In this document: positions 15,817-29,309 of the stretch, piece after piece
Layout of the letters: each line of letters starts with the position of its first letter
How positions within the stretch are numbered: position 1 is the first letter of the stretch
From: Entomortierella parvispora E1425
Lineage: Eukaryota > Fungi > Mortierellomycota
Length of the DNA: 64,000 bases
Direction: 5' to 3'
Assembly: GCA_020891255.1 (NCBI GenBank)
Contig: BQFW01000002.1
Location: 2,170,001-2,234,000, forward strand
The notes under the pieces: generated by a model
What the model saw: only the letters and a program-made list of their open reading frames with translations
Told to the model about the DNA's origin: nothing
The model's database searches: none
Made by a program: the position numbers and the translations under genes

Positions 15817-18800
15817 CTTTAGAGACAGTGTTTGCTTGTTTATCAGGGAGCGCTCTTAAGAAGACGAAGCGTGTGCATACGTCGACTACGATAAGAAGGA
15901 TTTCATTGCCTTTCTTTGAGAGTTTGAACGGTCCCGCTAAATCCATAGCCATATGATCTCCTGGCAGGTTTGCGTGGATAGCTTTTAATGGATGATAGCC
16001 TTTGATACTAATATTGTACTTCTGACATTCCGAGCATTTCTTAACCCAATTCAAGCAGTCATCTGTGAGATGGGGCCATGTGTATTGTTCCGCATGTATA
16101 GACCGGACCATTGCATTCGCTCCAAGGTGGCCGAGGGCGTGGGTTTTGTACAATATATCGTCCTGCTTCTTTTTGCCATGAACGACTTCTAACATTGTGT
16201 CTTTGTTTTGCATGATGTGCATGTAAGCGTTGACTATGTGCCCATGGTTGGAGTCGTAGCGAGTCTGGATGGAGGCTGGGAACAGTCTAGACAAGTGATC
16301 TGGCAACACATTCATCACTCCAGGTCGGTATTCGACCGTAAAGTCATAACTCAGGATTGTTTCATGCCAGCCAGTGAGCATGGAGTTTAACTCTTTCTGC
16401 GAGTGAATGAACGTAAGTGCTCGATGATCTGTATACAGTGTAAAGTGTCTTCCCCAGAGGTAATAGTGGAATTTCGTGAGTGCAAACACGATTCCTAGCA
16501 ATTCTTTTTGTGTGGCTGAATACCGTCGTTCTCTGTCTTGTAGAGAGCGTGCCATGAAGGATATGTATCTGTTCTCCCATTTTTTCTTGGATTCATTCCT
16601 GACTTTCTGGTAAAGGACCGATGCAATGCCTACGTTGGATGCGTCAGTGGCGACGTAGAACGGCAGACCGAAGTCAGGGAAGTGCAAGATTGGTGCATGG
16701 CTTAGCAGTTTCTTGAATGTATTGAAAGCATCGAGTTCGTCTGCATTGAGTTTGAACACTTTTGTTTCATGCCTCAACTTATCCAATGGCGCTGCCAACG
16801 TACTGAACAGCGGGATGAATTCTCGAAAGAAATTAAATGTGCCCATGTAGGACTGAATCTGATTGCCTGTGGTTGGTGGAACCCACTGGTCGATATTGGC
16901 TAGCTTGGTAGGATCTACCCGTTTGCCAGCCAAGTCAATGACAAAGCCGAGAAGTACAATCTGTGTTGCGAAGAAGTGTGATTTTTCTGGGTTGATAATA
17001 AGCTTTGCTTCTGTTAGGCGTTCGATTACACACTTGACGTGCGCTGCATGCTCTTCCTTGGTCTTGGAGAAAATAACGATGTCGTCAATGAACACCAGGA
17101 CAAAGGGCAAGTCCCCCAAGATGCGTGTCATTCCGCGTTGGAATATGCTTGACAGTGGCTTAAGTCCGAATGGAGCTCGTCGGAACATATATTGAGTTCC
17201 TCGGTGCATGAATGCAGTGAGTGGTTGATGTCCTGCTTCGATAGGTAACCGGTGATATGCTTGTGTCAAATCGAGCGTTGTATAAATCATGTGGCCACCT
17301 ATCTGTTGTAAGATGTCCGATATTAATGGTACTGGATGGTTGTCATCCTTTAATAATTTGTTCAGAGGACGTGGGTCTAGGCAAACCCGCCATTTCGTTT
17401 TATTGCCGAGGAGATCTTTCTTGGCCGCGAGAGTTAGCGTGTTATTGTGCCGATTGTTGGCCGGAGCAAGTGTGATAACTCCATCTTTAAGCCATTTGTC
17501 AACTTGTTCGTCGAAAATATGCTGTTGCTGTTCAGCAAACGTCCTTGGTCTGCGATAAATTGTCGTGCCATCAGGAACATCCAAGAACACGTGCATCTCT
17601 GGTAGAGTGCAGTAGCTGTCTAGCGGTATCTGTGCGTTGTCCTTTATCGAGTCTTGGATTTCACTCATGAATTGTGCTTTGAGTTTCTTGAACTTGTCAG
17701 TCAGTTCTTCGATTGGTGTTTCCAATGGTAACACGGATGGCTTTTCATGGTGTTGGCGTTGGCAGAGTCTGTGCGTTTGCTCGTCCGTCTGCAATGCCTC
17801 CGATTGAGAACCCTAGTTTGTTAAATAGGTCCATGCCAATGACAAATGGGTATTGTAGGTCAAACAGTTCAAATGAGGCGAGAAGCGAATGTTCATTGCA
17901 TTCTACTTCTATATGTTCTGTTACTCCTGTTCTTGCTACATGCATTTTCTTGTGCCCGAGGAAGATGTTTCCCCGTGCTTTGCTGACCTCAATTTTCAGA
18001 GCTTCTACTAATGACTTGTCTATGAATGACTTCGTGGCTCCAGAATCAATTAGTGCTTCAAATTGAAGGCCTTCGAAGTAGATCGGTACTACAAGTCTCT
18101 TGTCATTGTCGTTCTGGTCACCCATTTCATTGTATATAAGTGTTTCAAACATGTGTGATTGCTCATCGTTTATTGTCATGTGCTCCTGTGGTATGTCTTG
18201 TGACATTCTACTTTCCCTCCCCGCATGTGCCAGGACTGAATCTGTGGAGTGAACAGACTCTATGAATTCTTTATCTGACACTGGCGACATGTCTCTAGTC
18301 TGAGAGGAGTAGGACGCAAGAGTGAGTGCGTTGAAGTTGATATCAAGATCGTGGTATGTTTGCCACACATTTTTACGAGAGCGTAGTATATGAAGAGGGT
18401 CCTTACTGTAATTGCGCTCACGAGAGTTGTGGCTATCCCTGTTGTCTCTGCGCTGGCGATTGTCAGCTTGATATGGCCCGAAGCGGCTTGATCCGCGGTG
18501 GGACCGGTCTTGTCGATCGTCTGAGCTGTGTGAGCTACGCTCCGAGTGTTCATTGCGTCGTCGTTCGTCGTTCTGGCGCGCACGGCAGGCGTCCTTCTTA
18601 TGGCCTAGCTTGTTGCAGTAGTCGCAGCTGATATGGTCCTTGGAAACGTGGTTGCCGTTCTTGTTACATTTATCACACCACATCTGCTTCGACTCAGCCT
18701 TGGCGGCGTGAGAGTTGGTGGTGGGCATTACTGGAGCGCTAAAGTTTTCGCGAGCTCCAGCTGGTCCTGTTAGCTTGCCCAGTGCGATACAAAAATCAGC

Positions 18801-20018
18801 GATAGCAATTGGAGTGTCTGGCACTGATGTTGCTTGTGGGTTGTCCAGTACGTATTGCGATTGGAATCGCGTGTTGACTGTGTCCATTTCAGATGATGCA
18901 AGTCCTTGTCGGAGCAGAGTCAAAACCACATCGTTGTTGTCTTGTACTCGGAATAGCTTTGTAGCTCTTGCGATCCGATGAGCGTAGTGACTATATGGCT
19001 CTCCTGCGAGTCGTCCAAATTTGGTGAGCGTGGTAACAGCGTTTTCTCGCTCTTCGATTGTTAAACATGTCTCGAAGAACGTCCTCTCGAGATAGTCCAC
19101 TGTCAGCACCTCCTTGGGTGCCTTGAACTTCTCTTTCAGATTGGCATGAAAGTGGTCGTTGTGGACCAGGTACAGGAGGTATTTGTCTCCATGACTTCCT
19201 ATGATTTGCTCCCCCACATACGGCGCGATTTCTCGTTCGAAGTGCGCCCACCAGTCGTATGCCGATAGGGATCCTGATGATCCGAATCGAAGCCATGTGG
19301 ATAGAGGCTTGACAGGAAATCCTGCCTCAGATCGCACTTGTGGAGCATGGTTGCTTGCGCTTCGATCCTGCTCTTGATAACGGTCTACGGTGGACTGATT
19401 TGGATATGCCCATTGTGCTGGTACAGGGCGGCGAGCTGCGTGAAGAGCATTGTATGTTTGCTCCATACTGCTGAGGAAGTCCTCGTTGCGCTTATGTTCT
19501 TCCTCCATCTTGTCTGTTTCCGGTGTGAGGTCCATGGGAGCTGTACCGGCATGGGTGACTCTTTTGTTACGTGAGATATGTAAAAGGAGTCTTACATTGG
19601 TGAGCCGAGTAGCTTCCATCTGTGCGTACGTTGCCGCAATGTCTGCCTCTATTTCCGCATCTGTTATGTCAGGCAGGGCAGTATGGGTAGGTACCGCCAA
19701 GGCTCTGGTGATTGATACGACCGATGTAGGACTATCCTTTCTTGGAATAGATGGCAACTGTGACGGTGGTAGTCCTTCAAACGTCAGTCCACTTCTGGTG
19801 CCAGAGCTGGTGGATGGAATGGTTTCCTCGTCCACATCCATCTCTTCTGTGATGGATCCTTCGTGTGTGGCTACAGTGGCCAAGTCTCCGCCATTGTTGG
19901 TGGGTTCTCCAGAGTTGGAGGCAGTGGCGCGCGCGTTGGCGGCTTGTGCAACAGGTATAACAACTGCAGCGACTCTGCTCCGAATTGGTTTGTTGTTGTT
20001 GAGATTCACTTTGCCCAT
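15817..20018 (-). pseudogene. Family B gag-PR-RT-RH-INT N-terminus; probably a single ORF broken by one indel near 17750
   Basis: Two zinc knuckles (CDKCNKNGNHVSKDH, CDYCNKLGHKKDAC), LIDSGA, VCLDPRPLN, FIDD, TDAS, HALGH..CSEC. Confidence 0.9.
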
Positions 20019-20785
20019 GTCGCGAAAATTTTTTCCCAGCTGAATTGAGTTAATGCCGGAATGAACTGAATGTCGAAAAGTTCACCAAAGTCCATGAGCG
20101 GTGGCTTGCGTGCAGTAAGTGGTGTTTTGGTAACTTTCAAGGGTCCTGAAAGCGATGCTGTGTTCCGTTTAGATGGATGGGTCGGATTGACGGGTGAATT
20201 GGCGTTCCAAAGTTGATCTCAGTTAAATCGAGTGGAATTAACTTGCGGAATGTGAGATGCAGGTCAATGCTGGTGAATGTCGTCGCAGACAGTGAAGAAA
20301 TGCTGTTGATCGGTCGAGTGCTGACGAGTGCGGTTGAATGGAGGTGAATGCCGGTTGTGAATGTCGGTTATGTTCCTGATCCTGCGAGATCTTCTTCTCT
20401 TCACTGAAAAAAATGAAAAGTATATGGCACACGGAGTCAGTGAGAATAAGAGAGGGATCTCTGTTTTATTGAACCGGTCAGGATATTATCCTGACCGTTG
20501 CCTCCGTGACTGTGCCTTGCTGCCAGCAGCATCATTTGCCGCTGCGCCACCAAATTATGCGACAGTTGGAGGTCCAAATGGGTGTAGCCGACGGATATAT
20601 ACCAATGATAGATAGAACACCCGAGATCTAGACCCTGGAGGACTCCAATGGGTTTGACCTTAGATCCTAGGTTCGGATCCTATATCAAGCAAGACGCGTT
20701 CCGACAATGGGTGGAAATGGAGTGGCCAATTGGTGCCCAGCACGGCACGTGACAGATCGCGGCTGATATCTGACGGTTCGTGACA

Positions 20786-21036
20786 ATGTCCTTATTAGTC
20801 TCCTTTCAGTTTCGTTCCTGCTTATATCGTGATCCTGTTGCTCATTCTCCTCCTCCTGTCTATCCAGTTCATTCTCTCGAAATTGTATCTGGTCATATAG
20901 CAGTGCTGTGCTTGATCCTTGTGGCACAGAGAGCAAAGTCCCTATCATATGTAGGCAGCGAGCTTTGTTCGTTATTATTCTTTTCACCTCCAGCCTTTGC
21001 TGACGTTAGATTATACTTACTTTAGACAACATCACA
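20786..21036 (+). repeat. 3' portion of a family-D LTR with a 12-bp internal deletion
   Basis: Matches 23474-23736; ends ACATCACA and is followed by ACGG. Confidence 0.88.
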
Positions 21037-21514
21037 ACGGCTGTGGCAGAAGTGGTACTGAGAGCTTGTCAACAAAGACTGTGATGGCGTTGAAGTTGCG
21101 GTCTGTGGTTGGAAGAGGGCCGATGAAATCCATGGTGACGAGGTCCCAGCGTTGGAAGAGGCTGCAGCAGTCCTGCGGGTCGCTCCTGAGATCCTTTGTT
21201 CCTCTGACACTTTTCGCAGATGGCGACATAGAGTTGGGTGTCCTTAGCAATGTGAGGCCAATACACAAAGCGGCGCAGGTTGTCGTAAGTCTTCTGGAAG
21301 CCAAAGTGTCCAGCGGTGGTTGAGTCGTGAGCATCGGAGGGTGAGGCGGATGGAAGAGTGCTGAGGGATGGCTAGAGTGGTGGTTCCTCGCCTACTGTAG
21401 TAGAGGAGGTTGTTCTCGAACCGATATCCATTGGCAACTTTTCCTTCCGGACAGTCCTTGTAGATGGGTCCGAGGCGAGAGTCGTTCTCGTAGTCCTGCA
21501 CAAGCTGGTCGCGG
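21037..21514 (-). pseudogene. Degenerate RH/integrase fragment of an A-related element
   Basis: QDYENDSRLGPIYKDC, YWPHIAKD..CEKC, WDLVTMDFIGPLP..FVDKL, with deletions. Confidence 0.85.
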
Positions 21515-22531
21515 TGTGATGTTGTCTAAAGTAAGTATAGTCTAACGTCAGCAAAGGCTGGAGGTGAAAATGATAACGAAAAGAATAATAACGAACAAAG
21601 CCCGCTGCTTACATATGATAGGGACTTTGCTCTCTGTGCCACAAGGATCAAGCACAGCACTGCTATATGATCAGATACAATCTCGAGAGAATGAACTGAA
21701 TAGACAGGAGGAGGAGAATGAGCAACAGGATCACGATATAAGCAGGAACGAAACTGAAAGGAGACTAATAAGGACATACCAATGAGCAAGCACGTCCTAA
21801 CGGTAACCAAACAGGAGAATAAACAACTACGGAGGCGAACACTGGGTACTATACTAACTAATAACAACAGCAAGGGAGGATTGAAGGGATCTAATCAGTA
21901 AGAGCACGGCCAGAAATATTCTATCCAGGGAAAGGGGACAAGGCCGCCTAACTGAGGGTTCAGGAGGGACTCGAAGGAAGGCGACGAGAAGATAAGGGAG
22001 GTTCCCAAGCACCAGTTAAGGCCTCAGGATGCCCAAGAGCCAGTTAAGGCCTCAGGATGGGATGCCAAGATCGTACAAGTCCACTCAAAAGAGACAAGAC
22101 ATTGCTGGTACCTCGTAAGTGAGCAAGGACACGGAGAACTGGTTGGCCGAGGTTCTTGACGGGACTTGTCGAGGACGGGGAAGATCGTAACTTGTGAGTG
22201 TACAAGGTCGATCAACAGAACGCAATAGGTCTGTGATATCCAAAGGTAAGGGGGTGGGGAGGAGGTTTAGACTAGATACTAATAGTCTCAGCAATCGGAA
22301 TTAAGGCGTCGAGCTTGCTGCTGCAAAGGGGATATCGGGCAGGAAGGGGGGATGTGTGTTTGTGTTCTGAAGGGTTCAACAAAAGTGTACTGGCAGGAGT
22401 CGTAAAGGAAAAAGGCAACCAGGAGCAAAATGGATTTTGCTCCCTTCTTTATAGAAAAAAAAACTGAAACTAAACAAAATAATAAATGCTACTGAAAATA
22501 TATATCTGCTCCGATTGATGTGGATCGGGAC
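21515..22531 (-). repeat. Family-D LTR, nearly complete, cut near its 5' end by element F
   Basis: Matches 32479-33520; preceded by GCGG; carries two copies of the internal 28-bp repeat. Confidence 0.9.
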
Positions 22532-25500
22532 TGTGCCGGATCAGGCCTCTGACCCTTAATTTTTAGTTGACGAAGATATATCAGCGCCTCCAGCGCTCTC
22601 TCATTAAAACAGATCTCTTCTTCCGTCTCGTCATTACTCGTACCCATACTTACTCACGTTGACGGGGACCCCCTGCCCCGCACACTTTTTTTGACGTTGT
22701 GGTGTAGTAGATGTGGAGTCCCGATCCACATCAATCGGAGTAGATATACATTTTCAGTAGCATTTATTATTTTGTTTAGTTTCAGTTTTTTTTTCTATAA
22801 AGAAGGGAGCAAAATCCATTTTGCTCCTGGTTGCCTTTTTCCTTTACGATTCCTGCCAGTACACTTTTGTTGAACCCTTCAGAACACAAACATACATCCC
22901 CCCCTTCCTGCCCGATATCCCCTTTGCAGCAGCAGCAAGCTCGACGCCTTAATTCCGATTGCTGAGACTATTAGTAGCTAGTCTAAACCTCCTCCCCCCC
23001 CTTACCTTTGGATATCACAGACCTATTGCGTTCTGTTGATCGACCTTGTACACTCACAAGTTACGATCTTCCCCGTCCTCGACAAGTCCCGTCAAGAACC
23101 TCGGCCATCCACTTCTCCGTGTCCTTGCTCACTTACGAGGTACCAGCAATGTCTTGTCTCTTTTGAGTGGACTTGTACGATCTTGGCATCCCATCCTGAG
23201 GCCTTAACTGGCGCTTGGACATCCTGAGGCCTTAACTGGTGCTTGGGAACCTCCCTTATCTTCTCGTCGCCTTCCTTCGAGTCCCTCCTGAACCCTCAGT
23301 TAGGCGGCCTTGTCCCCTTTCCCTGGATAGAATATTTCTGGCCGTGCTCTTACTGATTAGATCCCTTCAATCCTCCCTTGTTGTTGTTATTAGTTAGTAT
23401 AGTACCTAGTGTTCGCCTCCGTAGTTGTTTATTCTCCTGTTTGGTTACCATAGGACGTGCTTAGCTCATTGGTATGTCCTTATTAGTCTCCTTTCAGTTT
23501 CGTTCCTGCTTATATCGTGATCCTGTTGCTCATTCTCCTCCTCCTGTCTATCCAGTTCATTCTCTCGAGATTGTATCTGATCATATCGCAGTGCTGTGCT
23601 TGATCCTTGTGGCACAGAGAGCAAAGTCCCTATCATATGTAAGCAGCGAGCTTTGTTCGTTATTATTCTTTTCGTTATCATTTTCACCTCCAGCCTTTGC
23701 TGACGTTAGACTATACTTACTTTAGACAACATCACAACGTAAAACGAAGGCCACCACATTCCCTCACGATCCCTTCGTCGTAGACATTAATCTCTTGAAC
23801 GATGTCGAACGGTTCTCCACAGAACACTTCTCCTGCTCCTGTGCCTCAAAACACTGGAGAAGACTCCTCTGGAATCTCAGCCGAGGCCACTCCAGTTGTA
23901 TCCAACCCGCTTGAGTCTCACAGCTCAATCCTCGCGCTCAACAACAGTGGATCTCCTTCTCCAGTTCCAACGAGTGCCTTTGCTGGCTTCGCTGAACTAT
24001 TGCGCTCTTCCGCTCCCATGGAAGTAGACGGAGCGCCACCTGTTAGCAGAATCGCTCAGCTAGAGTCCCTCGTTGTGCGCAAGCAACAGCGGGTGGATGA
24101 ATTGGCTGAACAACGCGAAGATGTTCTACTCAAGGCTGAGGAGCTCATAAACGCTAGTCCTCCTGCAGAACAACCCTCATTAGTTGTGCAACACGATCTG
24201 ATGTTGACTGATCTTGCTGACAAGTTGAAGCAAGCCAACGCTGATCTGGAAGTAGCTAGAGAAGCACTCAACAGGCGTCGCCCGCTTATTTTTCCGACGG
24301 CCACTTCACTTGCACAAGAGACTTCACAAGTACTTTTGAATTCATCCAACGTGGCTCCCGTTCTCAATGCTCCTTTCCATCAAGCGTTGGTCCGTTACAA
24401 CAGCTTCAAGTCCATTCCAGTCTTTCCAGGCACCCTGTAGATCTGACTTCGCAGCTCAAGAATGTTGAAAAGAAGGACTTTGAAGCCAAGTTTGTCGAGG
24501 TCATCTTCACCTTTCTCGATCGTTTTGAGAAGTTCTTGCGAGAACGTCTTATCGAGCTTTTTGATCCATTGGCTTGGCGTTACGTCTCGGTCGCTTTGCA
24601 AACAGTAGAGATGGACCGTCGTTTTGATTCTCAAATGGAGCTGATCAAAAATCCACTGGATCGTACTTGGGTTCAAGTCGAGAAAGCTATCAAAACCATT
24701 TTCTGCCTTGACATGATCAATGGTGATCTGCTTGAGCGAGTCTTCACATTCAAGGCGCTCCCTCAGGAGAACTCAGAAACCTTCGCCTGTCGCTTTGAGG
24801 GCTTGCTCGGAGCCTCTGGTATTGCCGATGCTCGAGGCAACACGGATTTCCCTCAGTCACTTCTAGTCGGGGTCCTCTATCGAGCGGTCCCGGACAATGT
24901 TCAGAACCTTGCTCTGTCTCATTTCAATCGGTTGTCTGACATCAAGGACTACGATGCGCTTCTAACGTTTATCCGCAACACCAGTAATACTCTCCAGGGT
25001 ACGTATCCTTGGGGCGGTTTCTGGGCAGCCTCTCAATGGGCTCCGCACCTTATCAAACAAGACGGCACTAAAGGTCATTCATCGCACTCTGCTTCCCATG
25101 GCGGTTCTAAGCGGCAACGCTCTCCATCGCCTGCTCCTCGAGATCGCAGGTCCAGTTGTAAGCAACACAAGCAGAAAGGCAAGAGTGATCGATCCTCGCC
25201 ACGACTCCCAGATGGTGAAAAGTGGTGCACCAATCCTCCGTGCACCACCCTTACAAAGCAACACTGGGACTCATCTTGCAGAAGACATAGCAACAATCGC
25301 ACACCTGCAAGCTCCGGAACTCCCACGTCCGAGTCTTCAAACTCCAACGGTTCCTCCAATTCTACATTTGCTCATAAGAACAAGCAAAACTCTTCTAATT
25401 ACTCCAAAAGACACAACGCAGCCATTAACCGTCTCATTGAAGGCGAGGCTGACGATGATGATCCTATTCCTGACTTTGGCCTCAAAATCGATGATATTGA

Positions 25501-27911
25501 CGATAACGAGGACACCAAAGGTCTTGACCATGATTATAGTAATGTTGATGCAATTAAATCTATGGTTCTTGGTTCCTCTTATTCTACTCGTTCCACTCAT
25601 GGTGACTTGGCTCGTTCTATCCATAATGTTACTCCTAAGTTCAATGCTCTATCTCTTACTGAAGCTGCACAAGCAGTTCCTTTTTTCCCTGCCGATCAAT
25701 TTGATCGCTCCAATTGTGCATTCACTGGCCAAAAACCAGAAGATACACGACTTGTAGTTCCTATCACTTTCAATGGTGTTGAGTATACAGCTCTGCTTGA
25801 CACGGGTTGCACACAGACAACAATTGATCCATGAGTAGCTGAAGAGCTATGCATCCCAACTACTCTGCTTTCAGGCACCAAAACTGTGTTAGCCAACCCT
25901 GATCATGTCAATCCCACTTGCATCACTACTCAGGCTGTTCAAGTCGGCTGCAATGGCCGCGCCCTAAACTACCAACTCGATGTCATGAAGCTGGACAGCT
26001 ACGATTGCTATTTAGGAATGGACCTGTTTTCCCGACTAGGTTTTTCCATTAGCGGCATCCAATTCAAACGCCCAGACCTCTTACATGACAACGTCGAATC
26101 TGACAAAAAACCTTCTATTGTGTCCTCCACACGCCCCGATCATGAAAACTCCGAAGAGTTTAAATCTCAAAGACAGGATTTCCTGTCCGCAATTGGCGCT
26201 CCCCTTGCAGAGAATGCAGCAATTAATCCTCAAAGCTGTTGTCCTCATCCCTCCATGAAGGTGCATCTTACAACCAAGGACGGCGCAACCGTCTTCCAAC
26301 GCTCCTCTAAACCATTCTCCCAATCTCAAAAGGGGGAGGTGGATGCTCAAATATCAAAATGGTTGAACGACGGTGTCATTGTTCCAGCACCGCACGGCAC
26401 TCCTCATATGAACAAACTTACAATGGCTGCAAGGCACGATCTAGAAGGCAACCTCCTCAAAAACCGAGTGTGTCTAGACCCTCGTCACCTCAATAGTCTC
26501 TTAGAAGACACTGACAACTTCACGCTGCCTCAAGTAGCAGACATTCTAGAGAAGGCGGCTGGTCACCGATTCTTCTCCACACTCGATCTATTTCAGGCGT
26601 ATCATCGGTTAGCACTCACAAAGGAGAGTCAACCCTTGACTGCCTTCATGCACAACGGCAAACAATACATGTTTGCTCGTGCCCCTTTTGGTTTGAAACC
26701 AATGACTTCCATATTCCAAAGAGGAATGTCACTCATCCTAGGTGATCTGCCCTTTGTTGCTGTGTATGTAGACGATATTGTTATCTTCTCAGACACAGCG
26801 GAAGAACATCGTGAACATGTCCGAGAGGTCATCAAACGCCTCACCAAAGCCAACCTTATTCTGAACCCTGACAAATGTAATTTCTTTAGCACGGCAAGAT
26901 GGTTCAACGCTATCTTGGCATGTTCAATTACTTCCGAGAGTTTATCCCTCTCTACTCCACCTTGGCTGCTCCACTAGACGAACTCCGATTTCGTAGAGGC
27001 TCGTTCGAGCTTTCACCACTTCAGCCTGAATGCTTCACGCAGATCAAAGAGTTGATCAGCCGCGCACCAGTCCTCTCTTTCCCGGACTTCACTCAACCGT
27101 TCTACGTTGCTACAGACGCGTCCAATCTTGGACTTGGCACTGTCCTGTACCAACTCCTGGTGACGAATCTGTGGTTAAGTACATTTCGTTCATGGCTCGC
27201 TCGTTAAAAAAACATGAGCGTAACTACCCTGCCTATAAGAAAGAGTTACTTGGTATAGTCTACGCCCTCAAGAAGTTTCATTACTACTTGTGGGGTCGCC
27301 ACTCATCCAGAATCAGACTGATCTACCTACAACTATTGCCAATTGGACAGATCTATCGTCCTGGTTTGCTCAACATCATTCCTGATGCCTTATCGAGAGC
27401 ATTCCCTAAGGCACTCTGGACTCACTCCTCTGAACAGAGACAAGCGTCGCAAGACAGCTGCGGTCACCACTCGTCGTGAATTCCGCCCAACGGTCCCTGA
27501 AAATAATGATCAAACTTTATCTGTCTCGTCTGAGCAATTGGGCAATAACCTCTCTGATCCCCCAGCACCCTTCGTGCATCAGATGCAATTAGCCGAAGAC
27601 GCTATGACCATCCCTAAAGAATCTGAACGATCTGATCTTCTCCAGAAGACTCATGGCGATGCTCACCTTGGAGCCAACGCCATGGTCAGCGCCCTGCATT
27701 TGCAAAAGTTGACTTGGCCAAAACTCAAAGATGCATGTCTAAGCTTTATCCGAAAGTGCACGGCTTGCCAGCACTTCAACATCGCAAGAAAAGAGTACCA
27801 CCCTCTCAAAGCTGTCCATGCCACCTTCCCTGGTGAACATCTAGCTATAGATCTTGCTCAATTTCAGCAGAGTTCTAACAACCACGTCTACGCCCTAGTC
27901 GTCGTTGACGT
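22532..27911 (+). mobile_element. Decayed, 3'-truncated Ty3/gypsy family F (B/E-like); 153-bp 5' LTR at 22532-22684
   Basis: TGTGC..GCACA LTR followed by oligo-T; gag 23802-25834 with frameshift, LLDTGC protease, VCLDPRHLN, YVDD, TDAS, HGDAHLG..CTAC; ends at a C LTR. Confidence 0.85.
22698..23736 (+). repeat. Solo family-D LTR with 4-bp TSD ACGT, inserted in the leader of element F
   Basis: TGTGGTGT...ACATCACA; ACGT at 22694-22697 and 23737-23740. Confidence 0.95.
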
Positions 27912-28391
27912 TGTGGTGTTGCTACAATGGGTTGGGGATCGGTCGTAGCTCAAGGAGAGAGGGGCGGGTCACAAGTGATCAAGGGAAAGGGGATTGCTTG
28001 CGAGGGGGAGGATAGACGTTGCAGGATCTCACTGTCTAAACTGTGTGAACCAAGTATCAATAAAGATCTCAGTCCGGTGGAAGCTCAAGACTTGTACGAA
28101 GGCAAGCTTGATCGGCAGAACAGGGTCTGTGATATCCAAAGGTAAAGGGGGGGGAGGAGGTTAGACTAGCTACTAATAGTCTCAGCAATCGGAATTAAGG
28201 CGTCGATCTTGCTGCTGCTGCAAAGGGGATATCGGGCAGGAAGTGGGGGGCGGGGGGGGATGTGTATGTGTTCTATAACGATCAAACAAAGGCAAACGAA
28301 CTGCTCTGAACACGAAATTATATTAACGCAATCTTTTAAGGGTATCTAAACTGATTTCTACAAATGTGTGATCTGTATCTACTACACCACA
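27912..28391 (-). repeat. Family-C LTR with ~30-bp internal deletion; flanks ACGT and ATGC do not match
   Basis: Matches 29714-30222 and the rc of 60864-61373. Confidence 0.92.
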
Positions 28392-28455
28392 ATGCTTCGA
28401 GTAGTTCGAATGCTTCGAGTAGTTCGAATGCCTCAGATGCCTCAGACTCAGATGA
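28392..28455. repeat. Short tandem repeats (ATGCTTCGAGTAGTTCGA x2, then ATGCCTCAG x2)
   Basis: Read directly. Confidence 0.8.
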
Positions 28456-28488
28456 CATATATAGTTTGGATAATAAATATAACTCTTT

Positions 28489-29215
28489 TTAATTAACGTA
28501 ATGAAAGGTGGGTACAGTAACCACTAAGGAAAGTGCTGTAGCCAAGAGTCTACAAGGACTAGACGCTGAACAGACGCCGGAAGTAGAGCATTCCTTTCTG
28601 GCGGCAGGACAAACTTGACCTGGGAAAAGCATCGCTCTGCAGGGGTCTAAGTGACAGGTATAGCAAGGAAGTCTCTTGCCATATTTGCAAGGTTGGGCCA
28701 TCGTTCCGCCTGACCCCTCCAGTACATTAGCTCCGGTGGCTCTGTCTTGCAGGTGATAAGCGTGGCTCCTTCATTGGTATACTCTTCGAGCTCGCCGGCT
28801 TGCTGTGTTATCCCATACAACTCCATCTCTTTTGCTATTTCTGAATCCAAAAGCCTAGGACCATCTTTTCCTTTGTAATGCTCTTCCCAGACTGACTTGA
28901 CAGCGTTGATGCTTATTTGCACATACTCATCCCAACCTTGAGCTCTCCACCAGTTGTATCTCATTCTTGGATCCATTGCTGTTTTTGAATAATATTTCAA
29001 AAGCTTGGTCCTTCTCTGAAAAATCTTCCAGTTTGTCGATTAGAGTAGGAAAAAAACTGCCAGACACGGTTTCAGTCATTGCCTCGAACCCTGAGAGAAG
29101 ATTGCTGAGTTCCTTCAAGTAGACCCACTCAGTCTCGTCCAATACATATGCTTCCAGACTTAGCTCATTCCTGCACATTGACTGATATGCGTCCTTAAGT
29201 TCAATTGCTCGTTCT
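28489..29215 (-). pseudogene. hAT transposase C-terminal remnant including the dimerisation domain
   Basis: IERAIELKDAY..EWVYLKELSNLLSGF..TETVSG..PTL; AMDPRMRYNWW; YWRGQAERWPNLANMARDFLAIP; frameshifted. Confidence 0.85.
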
Positions 29216-29309
29216 ATATTTTGGGCTCTCACTTACAATATGACTATCGAGACAAGAAGAAGGATCTTTATGTTCTGCCCTCTCACTCCCTTATCAAAGG
29301 AGTGCGATG

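Larger units (their letters stand above)
9492..20564 (-). mobile_element. Ty3/gypsy chromovirus family B, with 151-bp LTRs at 9492-9642 and 20414-20564; element A1 nested inside; no TSD
   Basis: Matching TG..CA LTRs, purine tract next to 9643, gag-PR-RT-RH-INT-chromodomain ORFs on the minus strand; flanks AGTGA and GTTGG do not match. Confidence 0.9.

Noticed and set aside
17745-17794. Programmed frameshifts between PR and RT in B, and inside gag in E1 (50894-50898)
   Set aside because: No slippery heptamer in the expected position; single indels or homopolymer errors are simpler.
28392-28455. CRISPR-like or regulatory repeat array
   Set aside because: Two or three directly adjacent units without spacers, in a eukaryotic context.
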